A stretch of DNA of 64,000 nucleotides from Candidatus Latescibacterota bacterium (GTDB lineage: Bacteria; Latescibacterota; UBA2968; UBA8231), in contig CBDAOB010000004.1 in assembly GCA_965197905.1 (NCBI GenBank), positions 32,001-96,000 on the forward strand, written 5' to 3'. The position numbers and the translations under genes are program-made. Below the pieces are notes generated by a model that had not been told where the DNA came from, searched no databases, and saw nothing but the letters and a program-made list of their open reading frames with translations. Below are positions 9,504 to 18,366 of the stretch, one piece after another. Position 1 is the first letter of the stretch, and each line of letters opens with the position of its first letter.

Positions 9504-9527
9504 GGCAACTAATCTTTATAATTCCCC
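9504..9527 (-). mobile_element. Putative right terminal inverted repeat of an IS1595-family element
   Basis: Minus strand reads GGGAATTATAAAGATTAGTTGCC, fitting the ggnnatTAT end pattern I recall for the ISNwi1 group. The convergent ORF stops inside it. No partner left end was found. Confidence 0.45.
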
Positions 9528-9797
9528 TATTTTTCCCTCCTCCTGGGCCATTTGACAGTACTTGTCGAGAATGGGCTTAGCTTTCTTCTTTCGCCTATTG
9601 GTGAGCTGTCCGCTTCTCTGATCAATCCGCTCTGCGAAGTCATTCATAACGCGCTCCATGGCCTGCTGCTCCGGGGCGTTGTCGAGAGCGTCAACAGGTG
9701 GGAAATTGCTTTTGAGTACATCGTCGATCTCGTCAGCCAAGTACTGGCGGGTGTCGTCGTCGGTGTTGGCTATGCAATCGGCCAAGACTCTCAGCAT
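9516..9797 (-). pseudogene. Hypothetical protein fragment, apparently truncated by the IS end
   Basis: Natural-looking helical 93-aa sequence whose stop codon lies within the putative TIR. Confidence 0.4.
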
Positions 9798-10149
9798 CCG
9801 CCGACAGGCTACAGAATTGGGATTCGAAAAGGATTTGCTCGTAGAGCTCCCAGCGGTCGAGCACCAACTTCCGTACGGTCAGCGTGACCGGCTGCTTGCC
9901 TACGCGACATCGCCAACGGGCAATGCAAACTCGCCACTTGGTGCGCCCTGCCGCATGTCACGTGCAAACTCTCATTTTCGCCCTATCCGAATCTCCGACC
10001 GCAGATCCTTGACGGCCTCGCCCATTTTTCCGCTCTTTGCAAAAGTCCAGTTATTAAAGACGTTCCTAGTTGAAAATTTTGAACTTGGTTGTCCAGCATC
10101 ATTGATAGGTCCAGAGGGAGGCTTTGAATTTGCCCGCGTGTATCGTGTG

Positions 10150-10283
10150 GAATGTTGGCTTGCTCTGCCTGCCTCAGTTTCCACAGTTTTCGGCGGAGAT
10201 AGTCTGGTGTCCAGAATTCCGACGATTTCCATCAGTGCGCGCCGCCCGTCAGGGTGTGCAAAACTGAAATCTGGGATAAACAC
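10150..10283 (-). pseudogene. C-terminal remnant of a DUF790 (Bax1-like) endonuclease
   Basis: VFIPDFSFAHPDGRRALMEIVG; removing one base continues as FWTPDYLRRKLWKLRQA, the DUF790 PD-(D/E)xK segment. Confidence 0.7.
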
Positions 10284-10339
10284 CGGTGGCCGTCATCGCG
10301 TGGCCCCCGGCGCTGTCGTCCGGTTTTTGCCGAGCTGGA

Positions 10340-12118
10340 TTAAACGGACGGATTTGCGTCCGCAGAGCCGCTGACCGTCCGCCGAGGTACCCCGGCGGAC
10401 GCTGCGGACGGTATGGACGGTTGCGCCCCGCCCTCCTCTGGACCTGGGAAGGCCCCTTCGGCGGAGGTGATGTGAATGGTTCTGGTGCGCCCCCGGCCTT
10501 CCCTGGTGTAATGGATCTCGATGCCGGTCTTGCGCAGGAAGGCAGCGGCCCGCCGCAGGCGGTCGGAGAGCGCGCGTGGGCTGCCGGGCCAAGTCCTGGA
10601 CTTGGCGGCCCGCTCGCCAGCCGCTTGTGCCAGGATATCCAGAAGCTGCGTTGCCGTGCCCGTCCACTGCGTCCGTCGCACCATCACGGCGCGCACGGCG
10701 GCGGCCACCGGGTCGGCCTCAATGACGTTTTCGACCACCTTGTCGCGATTGCCGCCGTAGGCCGACCAGAAGGTGCCGGCGGGCCAGAGAGCCCGTTCAC
10801 AGGCCGTTGCCCACAGCCCGAAATCCGCCATGCGGGGCAGCCCTTCCAGCTGGGTCTGTGGCAACCTCCTCAGGCCTTGCACCACGGCGTCGAGCAGCCC
10901 ACCCAGGATACGGGGCCGCTCGGCGTCGAAGGCGGCCCACAGTTCCGCCTCGGGCCGGCGGCATGCCTCGGGGATGGCCTCCAGGGTCAGGAACACGGCC
11001 CGGTCGGCCAGATCCGGCCGCCCGACGATGTCCTCGATGCCGTTGAGGATCACCGGCCGGGTGGCGTCGAACAGCACTTCGTCCTGGTCGGTGTAGAGCT
11101 GTCGCACGGCGAAGCCGCCGCCGGTCGCCAGACGGCAGAGCGTGTCGGAGATCCACGACGGCAGGGCTGAGACGTTGTCGAAGGCCAGCACATGCCCGTT
11201 AGTGGCGGCGATGAACAGGTCGCGGTCTTGGCGCGGCAAGGCCCGTAAGGGCGCGGTGTTGGGATCAAGCAGGGCGCGGAGGATCGCTGCGAAGGTGGAT
11301 TTCGCCGAACCCTGCTCCCCCGACAGGACGATCACCGGATAGGGGCCGCGAGGGCGCAAGACCGCCAGCGCCCAGGCGATCACCAGTACGAAATCGGCGT
11401 CGGACCGGAGGTTGAGGAAGGAACGCAGCGTCTCGACGGATCCACCCGGTACCGGCATCGGCAAGGGCTGCATCCCGGCGGCGCGGCGGAAGCGCACCGG
11501 CGGATCGTCGATCACGCGCCAGCCGGCGGCGTCGATTTCGACCGCGCGCCAAGCGTCATCCCCGAGGTCGAGATAAAGCCGCCCGCCCAGACCGCCGACA
11601 CGGATGCAGACCGACCGTTCCGGTCCGTCGAAATGCGCCTTGGCCTCCGCCACGTTGAGCGTGGCTTGCAGCGCCTCCGAACTGGGCGCGCCGCCCGTGG
11701 TCTCGAAGAACTGCCGCGCCAGCCAGCGGCGGAAGCCTTTGGTCCGGACCGGCCAAGTCTCGCGATGGCCGTTGATGTTGATATCGGCGACGGCCGCCCC
11801 GTCCGCCGAATGGAAGAGGTCGGCCGCGCCCAAGAGGTTGATTAGGACATCGGCCTGTGTCGGTCTCCGGCCCCTAGCGCCCGTTTCCTCGGCGATGGCC
11901 TCGTCGAGGGCCGTCACCCGGCAGCCCGCTTGCTTGAGACGCGCGCGCAACGCCTCGAAGGCGGCGCGGTCCTTCTTGCTCAGCGCCGCGAGCCGCTCCA
12001 GCACGTCCGCCTCGAAGGCCGCGCCAGGATCGGTCGCCGCCTTTTCGACCAGACCGTCCAGCGGGTCGGGGAAGTCCTCGGCGGCATCGATCGCAGCGGC
12101 TATCGGGGTCTCGGACAC
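10340..12118 (-). CDS. P-loop ATPase / replicative helicase of a mobile element
   Basis: Walker A GEQGSAKST, Walker B VLAFDN, RQLYTDQDE and DLADR; directly downstream of the primase. Confidence 0.8.
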   Translation of the reverse strand: MSETPIAAAIDAAEDFPDPLDGLVEKAATDPGAAFEADVLERLAALSKKDRAAFEALRARLKQAGCRVTALDEAIAEETGARGRRPTQADVLINLLGAADLFHSADGAAVADININGHRETWPVRTKGFRRWLARQFFETTGGAPSSEALQATLNVAEAKAHFDGPERSVCIRVGGLGGRLYLDLGDDAWRAVEIDAAGWRVIDDPPVRFRRAAGMQPLPMPVPGGSVETLRSFLNLRSDADFVLVIAWALAVLRPRGPYPVIVLSGEQGSAKSTFAAILRALLDPNTAPLRALPRQDRDLFIAATNGHVLAFDNVSALPSWISDTLCRLATGGGFAVRQLYTDQDEVLFDATRPVILNGIEDIVGRPDLADRAVFLTLEAIPEACRRPEAELWAAFDAERPRILGGLLDAVVQGLRRLPQTQLEGLPRMADFGLWATACERALWPAGTFWSAYGGNRDKVVENVIEADPVAAAVRAVMVRRTQWTGTATQLLDILAQAAGERAAKSRTWPGSPRALSDRLRRAAAFLRKTGIEIHYTREGRGRTRTIHITSAEGAFPGPEEGGAQPSIPSAASAGVPRRTVSGSADANPSV

Positions 12119-12134
12119 GTCTCATAATCCCCGT

Positions 12135-13028
12135 TCATTCCGCGCCCTCCGGGAGGTGGCGGGCGCAGCCGGTCAGGAGGTCGTTGAAGTCCATGCCGCG
12201 CGGCGGGCGCGCGATGCGCACGCGGTGGCCGTCTCGTGTCCAGTGCCTGGCACCCTCCCGCGCCGCCGCTTCGCCGGCATCGTCGCCATCGGCCAGCACG
12301 ATCACCTCGCGGCATGTGCGGGGAAGATCGAGGGCCCGCAGGCCGGTGGTCGAAAGGGCCGCCCAGGCCGGTCGGCCCGTTGCCTGCATGGCGGCGAGGC
12401 AGGTCTCGATGCCTTCGCCGACCATGAGCACGTCGCCGGGCGCGGCAAGCCGGACGGCGCCCCCAGCGCACGGGCCGAGCATCATCTTTGACGGATCGAC
12501 CGGTGCCTTGCCGGCGCCGGTCCGGCCCAGGAAGGTTCGGTGGATGGCCAGCGGCTGGTCGTCGCTCCCGCGCGTCACCAGTGCGACCATCGCCGGCCAG
12601 ACGGTGCCCGAGGGATGCTTCAGCCCGGCATGAAAGCGCAGCGTCGGCGGGGGTGCGGCATTCAGGCCGCGCGTGGCGAGATAGGTCTCGACCGGCGTTC
12701 CGTCCGCCGGCCTCGCAGACTGCCAGATCGAGAGCGCGGCTTCGGTTCGCCTGGCGGGATCACGATCCAGGCGTTCCGTGACCACGGCCCGCCCCGCAGG
12801 GCGATGGGAACGGTGCGGCGCGCCCGCCGGCCAGAGGCCGTGCGTGCGCAGGGCTGCGATAACCTGGCGTTGACTGCAGCCAGCATGGCAGCGGACCAGC
12901 ACTTGGCCGTTGGCCCCGTCACGGATCGATAGGCTGGGGTCCCGATCGTCGTGGGCTGGGCAGCGGGCCATCCAACCCCCGCCTGCGCGCCGGCCGCCGA
13001 GGGCCTTCGCCAGGGTATCAGCCGTCAC
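12135..13028 (-). CDS. DNA primase (Zn finger + TOPRIM)
   Basis: ARCPAHDDRDPSLSI..VRCHAGC, VGEGIETCLA, VLADGDDAGE and DFNDLL. GTG start behind GAGGAGG. Confidence 0.88.
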   Translation of the reverse strand: MTADTLAKALGGRRAGGGWMARCPAHDDRDPSLSIRDGANGQVLVRCHAGCSQRQVIAALRTHGLWPAGAPHRSHRPAGRAVVTERLDRDPARRTEAALSIWQSARPADGTPVETYLATRGLNAAPPPTLRFHAGLKHPSGTVWPAMVALVTRGSDDQPLAIHRTFLGRTGAGKAPVDPSKMMLGPCAGGAVRLAAPGDVLMVGEGIETCLAAMQATGRPAWAALSTTGLRALDLPRTCREVIVLADGDDAGEAAAREGARHWTRDGHRVRIARPPRGMDFNDLLTGCARHLPEGAE

Positions 13029-13358
13029 CGCGTCGCCTCCTCTTCGAAGCCGCTCGGGCCGTGCCCGCACATGGGCTGCCGTTCCAGCGCCGGTAAGATC
13101 CGGCAAAAATGTTGTTCCGTCGGTCCTCGCGGCGATGTTTCTCCACAATGGACCTGAGGGCGTACTCGATGCAAGCAAGGGTCGGCCGGTTTTGCCGGAG
13201 GGCCGCGTTGCATCGCGTATGACCGTCCCGGATCAGTCCCTCCCTCGTACTCAACACCGGTGCAGCGCAAGGTGCTGCGTGTGAAAAGGTCTGGCGAACC
13301 TTCGAGGCCGCGACGGGACCGCAGATTTCGCGGTCAGCGGGACGGTCTGGCGTGGTGG

Positions 13359-13580
13359 TCACGACGGCTGGCCGGTCAACTTTTGGCGCGGCGCCTCGCG
13401 GCTGGCCTCGATCTGCCTTGTCAGCCACGCATCCACTTCCGCCTCGATCCAGCCGACGGCGCGGCCGCCGAGGGATACGGGCCGGGGGAAGCGGCCTTCG
13501 GAAATGCGCAGATAGATCGTGCTGCGGGAAAGGCCGGTGCGGGCCTTGACGGCGGGAAGTCGGAGTATGCGGTGTGTCAT
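13359..13580 (-). CDS. alpA: AlpA family transcriptional regulator / excisionase
   Basis: ILRLPAVKARTGLSRSTIYLRISEGRFPRPVSLGGRAVGWIEAEVDAWL. Confidence 0.95.
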   Translation of the reverse strand: MTHRILRLPAVKARTGLSRSTIYLRISEGRFPRPVSLGGRAVGWIEAEVDAWLTRQIEASREAPRQKLTGQPS

Positions 13581-13790
13581 TCTTCATCCCTCGCGAAATG
13601 ATTGGGGGCACGTCGAGCAACAAGGTAGGTGGGCGCTTTGGGCACGAAAAGCGCCCGTCAGGCCCGCGCCCGGTGTGAGCAACTCGAAGCAGCCCAGCGG
13701 GTTACCACGTCGAGGGCGTGATTTTCAAGGCGGAAACCTTCGCGCGCATACGGACGAACTCTTGAAAAATCAACGGCTTACAGGCGGGTG

Positions 13791-13821
13791 AGTTGGGCGA
13801 AAAAATTCCGCCCAACTTTTT
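13791..13821. terminator. Hairpin (terminator or operator) between the 262-aa gene and alpA
   Basis: AGTTGGGCG-N9-CGCCCAACT followed by a T run on the plus strand. Confidence 0.5.
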
Positions 13822-14608
13822 ATGGCTGCAGCTGCTTGCGGATAGTTTCGGCGGCCCGGCCGCGGGCGACTTCCATGTTGGCAATTCGTCGTGAATACCA
13901 GACATCGGACATGTGCGGGCGCGTCTTTTTCAGTGCCCGATACGCCTTGCGCCAGCTCTGGCGCCGGGCCGCGGTCTCCAGCTTCCGCACCTCGCGCCGG
14001 GCCTGGCCGGGGGTGTAGCGGGCATCCCCCGTGGTGGAAGCGTCCACCAGTTGCCGGATCAGCCCGGCGTCGAGGGTATAGCGCCCGTCGGCGAATTGGA
14101 AGGCCTCCGCCAGTGGAATGCGGCTCGATCCCGCCACCAGCGCCAGTTCACCGTCACACCGAAGACCTAGCATCTGGGTGCGCTTGTTCCCGGTCGCCAT
14201 GCCGATCTCCAGCAGGCGTTCGTTGTCCTGCCTTTTGCCGCTGAATCGCAGAGACAGACTGTCGGCGATGAATCGGGCGACGGCAGGGGTGCTGGCCTGC
14301 CATTGCGTCAACCGGGCGGGCGGGATGTCCACGCGGTTTATGTCGCTGCGTTTGTCGCACACCACGAACAGCGCCGGATCGCCCGGGGGGGCGGGAATCG
14401 TGTGCACCGGCATCACACATTGCTGCTCGCAGCCTGGACACACCGTGCTGGAAGCAGGCCGCGCCGTGCGGATGATCTTTTGCGCCTTCAGCGCCGCTAC
14501 CGCCTCATCCGACCAGTGAGCCAGTGCGTGCGAGTCGATCCGGACAGCGTGGCTCGGGGAGGCGCCCACGCCGTCAAGGAGTTCGAACAGGGCGGCTTTC
14601 AGCGTCAT
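13820..14608 (-). CDS. Hypothetical protein with a Cys cluster and a C-terminal HTH-like segment
   Basis: 262 aa with CPGCEQQC...VVC and a basic helical C-terminus; starts 3 nt after the upstream gene. Confidence 0.7.
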   Translation of the reverse strand: MTLKAALFELLDGVGASPSHAVRIDSHALAHWSDEAVAALKAQKIIRTARPASSTVCPGCEQQCVMPVHTIPAPPGDPALFVVCDKRSDINRVDIPPARLTQWQASTPAVARFIADSLSLRFSGKRQDNERLLEIGMATGNKRTQMLGLRCDGELALVAGSSRIPLAEAFQFADGRYTLDAGLIRQLVDASTTGDARYTPGQARREVRKLETAARRQSWRKAYRALKKTRPHMSDVWYSRRIANMEVARGRAAETIRKQLQP

Positions 14609-14611
14609 GCC

Positions 14612-15805
14612 TCAGCCTCTTTGCGACGGTTCCTTGAGTTCGATGCCCGAGGCTTCCAGCATCGCCCGCAGCTTCAGATCCTGCGCGTCGTACTTGAGCG
14701 AGCAGGAATTGGGGTAGGTCAGGCGAACCGGCACCTTCCGGGCCGGGTTCCCCGCATCCATCGCCACCACAGCCGCCAGCTCCACCTGAGTGACGCTGTA
14801 GCGGTGCAGAGGGGTGGACTCGCCGACCTTCTCCAGCAGGTCGTAGACCGCATCGGGATGGGTGGAGGCATCCGCTTCCACCGTGATCCGGTCTCCCCTT
14901 CTCACCCGCGAAGACAACCGCAGTTTCCTCACCGCCACTTCTTCGATCCCGCTGCCCACGTCGTAAACGAACTCGAATTCCCTCTGGCGTAGCGGATTGA
15001 GATCGTAGACCCGCTGGTCCGTGGGAGCGGGCGGCAGTCGCAGTTTCAGAATCGCCGTCGCGAACATCTCCTGCAACGGTTCCACGGCCCGGTAGGGACC
15101 GCGAAAGTTCACGTCAAGCGAGCCTTCCTGCTGCGAGTAGACGAAGATCACCTCGAAGGCGGGATTGTGCGGCCGCCGGTCGAACGCTCCATTCACCCAT
15201 TCGATCTGTTGCTGCGAGTAGTCTTCGGGATAGGCGAAGAAGTAATCCAGCTCGTTTCGGCGAAAGGCTTCCACCACACAGTTGTTGCCCCGGCCTTCGG
15301 TGTGGTGGAAGTAGGCGCGGATCAGAGTGGCAAGCTGCTCGAGGCTGGCCGTGTCCACTGCCGCCGGTTGGTGGCCCAGATGCTTGCGCTTGCGCCAGTA
15401 GGGCAGCACATCGGCGTGATAGAACCGCGTAGCGCCCCGCCAGAAGTCCGGGTAATCCATGGAGGTGACCATGGCCCGATGGTAGTGGTTGGGCAGCGCC
15501 GACAACGTTTCGACGAAAGCGGTCAACGCATCGAGGGCATCCCGCCACTGCCAGCGCGCTTCGTCGAGAATGGCCCAGACGCCCTTCTCGCAGCTCATCT
15601 CGAAGATCTCTCGAAACTCGGCGTCCATCGCGTTGCGTTGCTCCTCGGGCAGCTCCAGCCAAGCCCTGAACAACTCGTCCGGTCGGGTTTCCTTCATGGT
15701 CGCGAAGTCCAGCTCGCCAAACAGCGCCTGGCCCTCGAAGTAGCGGGCCAGCAGATCATTCGGAATCTGCCGGAAGAAGCTCCGAGTCGAGTAGTGACGG
15801 GCCAT
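14612..15805 (-). CDS. Hypothetical protein of the mobile element
   Basis: About 397-aa ORF with natural composition; GGAG SD before ATG 15805. Confidence 0.75.
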   Translation of the reverse strand: MARHYSTRSFFRQIPNDLLARYFEGQALFGELDFATMKETRPDELFRAWLELPEEQRNAMDAEFREIFEMSCEKGVWAILDEARWQWRDALDALTAFVETLSALPNHYHRAMVTSMDYPDFWRGATRFYHADVLPYWRKRKHLGHQPAAVDTASLEQLATLIRAYFHHTEGRGNNCVVEAFRRNELDYFFAYPEDYSQQQIEWVNGAFDRRPHNPAFEVIFVYSQQEGSLDVNFRGPYRAVEPLQEMFATAILKLRLPPAPTDQRVYDLNPLRQREFEFVYDVGSGIEEVAVRKLRLSSRVRRGDRITVEADASTHPDAVYDLLEKVGESTPLHRYSVTQVELAAVVAMDAGNPARKVPVRLTYPNSCSLKYDAQDLKLRAMLEASGIELKEPSQRG

Positions 15806-16519
15806 CGCTCTATGCTCCAACCGTTTCGTTCTGAAATCCCCAAGAGGGTGTAGGAGGTTTTACGGTCTTCCAACACCACTGAACGGGTTCAGAACAACAG
15901 GCCGGAGACCATTGCCTGACGCGGCGCGCAACGGAGAAACCCGGTTTAATGGGTTCGGGGAAATGCGCCGAAAGGCGGTGGGGGAGAGCCGCCGGGCTCG
16001 ATCTTGTAAAGGGCTAACCTGGCCCTTCTCGTCCAACACATCGAGCCCGCCCCCAAGCAGATTTGCGGTATTCCAGAGTTCCGTGGCAGCATCTCCTCGT
16101 AGACGGCAGAGATTGGATGTGGCAGCGGCAAGATGATACGTGGTGGTGATGGCGACGTAGGGCTCGAAAAGCCAAGCGCAAGTTAAGGTTACTCCAGTAT
16201 GCCTCTGAAACCCGTCGCCGTAGTTCCGCCGTCACCGTCGAAGAACCAAGGACGGCCCATTTCCACTAATGTCAAGCGATGGCTCGTCGTCTCTATACCG
16301 ACGTGTCGACGCCGGACGCAGCGAGGCCGGTCAAGCGGGCTCCTATGCTGAGATCCTCAATTCGAGCCCTCAGTATTCCCGGGTATACGGGTGGGCGTCC
16401 TGCTCGCCTCGGACGCGATCCAAGCATGCCGCTCTCCATACGGAACCGCACCTTGAGCACGCAGGACTCGGCACTGGCCGTCATCCGTGACCACCGGTTC
16501 CGGTCTCATCCATGACGGG

Positions 16520-17758
16520 TCATCCATGACGGCGCTCCATCGGCGCGCCCTGACCGCCTTCCGCGCTCAGGTAGGCCGCCCACTCTTCCATGAGCTTGCG
16601 CCGCCGCTCGAACAGGTCCGAACGCGCGTAGGCCGCCTCGGTCTTGTCCTTGATCACATGCGCCAGCGCCGCTTCCATCACGGCGCGCGGCGCCTGGGTG
16701 CGTTCTGCCGCCCAGTCCCGGAAGCTCGACCGGAACCCGTGCGGCACGGCTTGGATGCCCAGGTCCCGCAGGAGCTTGGAAAGCGTGGCATCCGACAGCG
16801 GTTTGTCGTATCTTATACCGGGAAACACGAGGCCGCTGCCGGCGGCGATCGCCTTCGCCTCGTTCAGGGTTTCCAGTGCCCGCCCGGACAACGGCACTCG
16901 GTGGGGACGCTTCGCTTTCATGCGCTCGCCGGGGATGATCCACTCGGATGTGTCCAAGTCGATTTCGTCCCATGTCGCCAGGCGAACTTCGCCCGAACGG
17001 CACGCGGTCAGCACCAAGAACTCGAAGGCCAGCTTGGAAGATAGGGATGCTTGCGAAGCCCGCACCGCCTGTATCACGCCGGTGACCTCGCCATGGGGCG
17101 TCGCCAAGTGATGGCGCCGGACGCCGTTGTGCCGGGGCAGGGCTGCGCCCAGCGCGTCGCCGGCGGGGTTGTCTGGTCGCAAGCCTTGTGCCACGGCCCA
17201 CTTCATCACCGCGCCGATACGCTGGCGCACCCGCCGTGCGGTTTCCGGCTTCTCGTGCCAAATCGGCGTCAACACCGCCATTACGTCCGCCGTGGTCACG
17301 TCCGAAACCGAACGCCGGCCCAAGCGCGGGAACACGTACTCGCGAAGCGACGATGCCCATTGCGCCGCGCTCTTGCCGCCCTTCTTCCAGGAAGGCCGGT
17401 GAATTTCTATCACCCGGGCGGCGGCGTCCTCGAACGTGGGCATGCCTTGATCCTTGCGCTTCTCCGCCAGCGGGTCGCCGCCCGCGCGCGCGCGCTGGCG
17501 CTGGGCAAGCGCCTGCTCGCGGGCTTCGGCCAACGACACCAGCGGAAAGCCGCCCAGGCCCAGCTCGCGCCGCCGCCCGTGAATCGTCAGCCGCTGCACC
17601 CAGCAGCGCGCGCCGGTGTCCGTGACCAGCAGATAGAGCCCGTGCCCGTCGCAGTACCGACCCGGCTTTGTCACCGTTCGGACAAACGCCGCGCTCAGCG
17701 CCTTCTCGGGATGCCGGCCCCGCTTGCGCCCGGCCTTCAAGGGGGTTGCGTCTGTCAT
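16520..17758 (-). CDS. P4-like tyrosine integrase with arm-DNA-binding domain
   Basis: DGHGLYLLV..RRELGLGGFPLVSLAEARE arm domain. Catalytic residues in LTACRSGE, HGFRSSFRDW, LAH and AAYARSD. Confidence 0.96.
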   Translation of the reverse strand: MTDATPLKAGRKRGRHPEKALSAAFVRTVTKPGRYCDGHGLYLLVTDTGARCWVQRLTIHGRRRELGLGGFPLVSLAEAREQALAQRQRARAGGDPLAEKRKDQGMPTFEDAAARVIEIHRPSWKKGGKSAAQWASSLREYVFPRLGRRSVSDVTTADVMAVLTPIWHEKPETARRVRQRIGAVMKWAVAQGLRPDNPAGDALGAALPRHNGVRRHHLATPHGEVTGVIQAVRASQASLSSKLAFEFLVLTACRSGEVRLATWDEIDLDTSEWIIPGERMKAKRPHRVPLSGRALETLNEAKAIAAGSGLVFPGIRYDKPLSDATLSKLLRDLGIQAVPHGFRSSFRDWAAERTQAPRAVMEAALAHVIKDKTEAAYARSDLFERRRKLMEEWAAYLSAEGGQGAPMERRHG

Positions 17759-17760
17759 TT

Positions 17761-17797
17761 TATTCCCCTTTTTTTCCCCTCAATTATAAGGGGAATA
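17761..17797. promoter_or_regulatory. Probable integrase arm-type binding sites
   Basis: TTCCCCT twice in direct orientation and AGGGGAA inverted, between the integrase start and att. Confidence 0.45.
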
Positions 17798-17892
17798 TAT
17801 CGGAACTCGCGGGAAGAATCAAGCCCTGTTTTGTGCAATAGCTCTTTGTTATACAAATACTTATTGGTAATCATAGGAAGATGACGGAATTG

Positions 17893-17921
17893 AAAATGGC
17901 GGACACTCTCTCCGCCATTTT
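17893..17921 (+). other. Putative attachment site (duplicated tRNA-Ser 3' end) within an inverted repeat
   Basis: CTCTCTCCGCCA (17906-17917) looks like a tRNA-Ser acceptor end with G73-CCA. It sits in AAAATGGCGGA-N7-TCCGCCATTTT, 11 nt before tRNA-Ala. Confidence 0.7.
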
Positions 17922-17928
17922 TTGAAGT

Positions 17929-18004
<76 letters not shown>

Positions 18005-18018
18005 TTTCTCTGTTTTTT

Positions 18019-18292
18019 AAGGTCGTGCTAGATGGGGAGATAGCGGTTCCCTGTACCCGCAATCCGCTATAGCGGGATCGAATTCCCACCAAGAGGTTTT
18101 GCGTTGCCGACGGGAACGGCGAAAAGTGGCGTCGAAGGTTGGATTCTGCGCAACGGAAGGCGTCTGAACCCCGTCAGGACCGGAAGGTAGCAGCGGTAAG
18201 AATGTTCCTCCGTGTGCCGCAGGGTGATCTGGCCGGAGCCAACTGGCGTCGGAAACGCTGGCGACCAGAATCGAAGGTGGGTGCACGACCTT
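18019..18292 (+). ncRNA. ffs: Signal recognition particle RNA, long (Alu-domain) bacterial form
   Basis: Domain IV GTCAGGACCGGAAGGTAGCAGC; terminal pairing AAGGTCGTGC/GCACGACCTT; about 274 nt; upstream of dnaX. Confidence 0.93.
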
Positions 18293-18366
18293 ACACTTCT
18301 CGGCGCGTTGCAAGCGATTTGGCTCGCAGCGCCCAGACACACTATCAAAACTAATCGGACCACCCA

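Larger units (their letters stand above)
10340..17917 (-). mobile_element. Integrated phage-satellite-like / IME-like element (integrase, AlpA, primase, helicase)
   Basis: Co-oriented gene set with visibly higher GC, ending at a tRNA 3'-end-like att. Left boundary uncertain. Confidence 0.8.

Noticed and set aside
9369..9540. Left att of the satellite (TCCGCCA at 9369 plus an ATTCCCCT..TTTCCCT arm-like motif near 9521)
   Set aside because: The match is only 7 bp inside an ORF, no tRNA is present, and the motif is explained at least as well as an IS end. Not fully excluded.
15850..16500. ncRNA or gene between the integrase and the 397-aa gene
   Set aside because: Only short broken frames and no recognisable RNA motif; probably a decayed gene.
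16506..16532. TCATCCATGACGG tandem duplication at the integrase stop
   Set aside because: A two-copy local duplication with no supportable function.
10286..17884. Long plus-strand ORFs opposite the element genes (e.g. 10286-11170, 11604-12491, 17051-17884)
   Set aside because: Antisense shadows of high-GC genes with no recognisable motifs.
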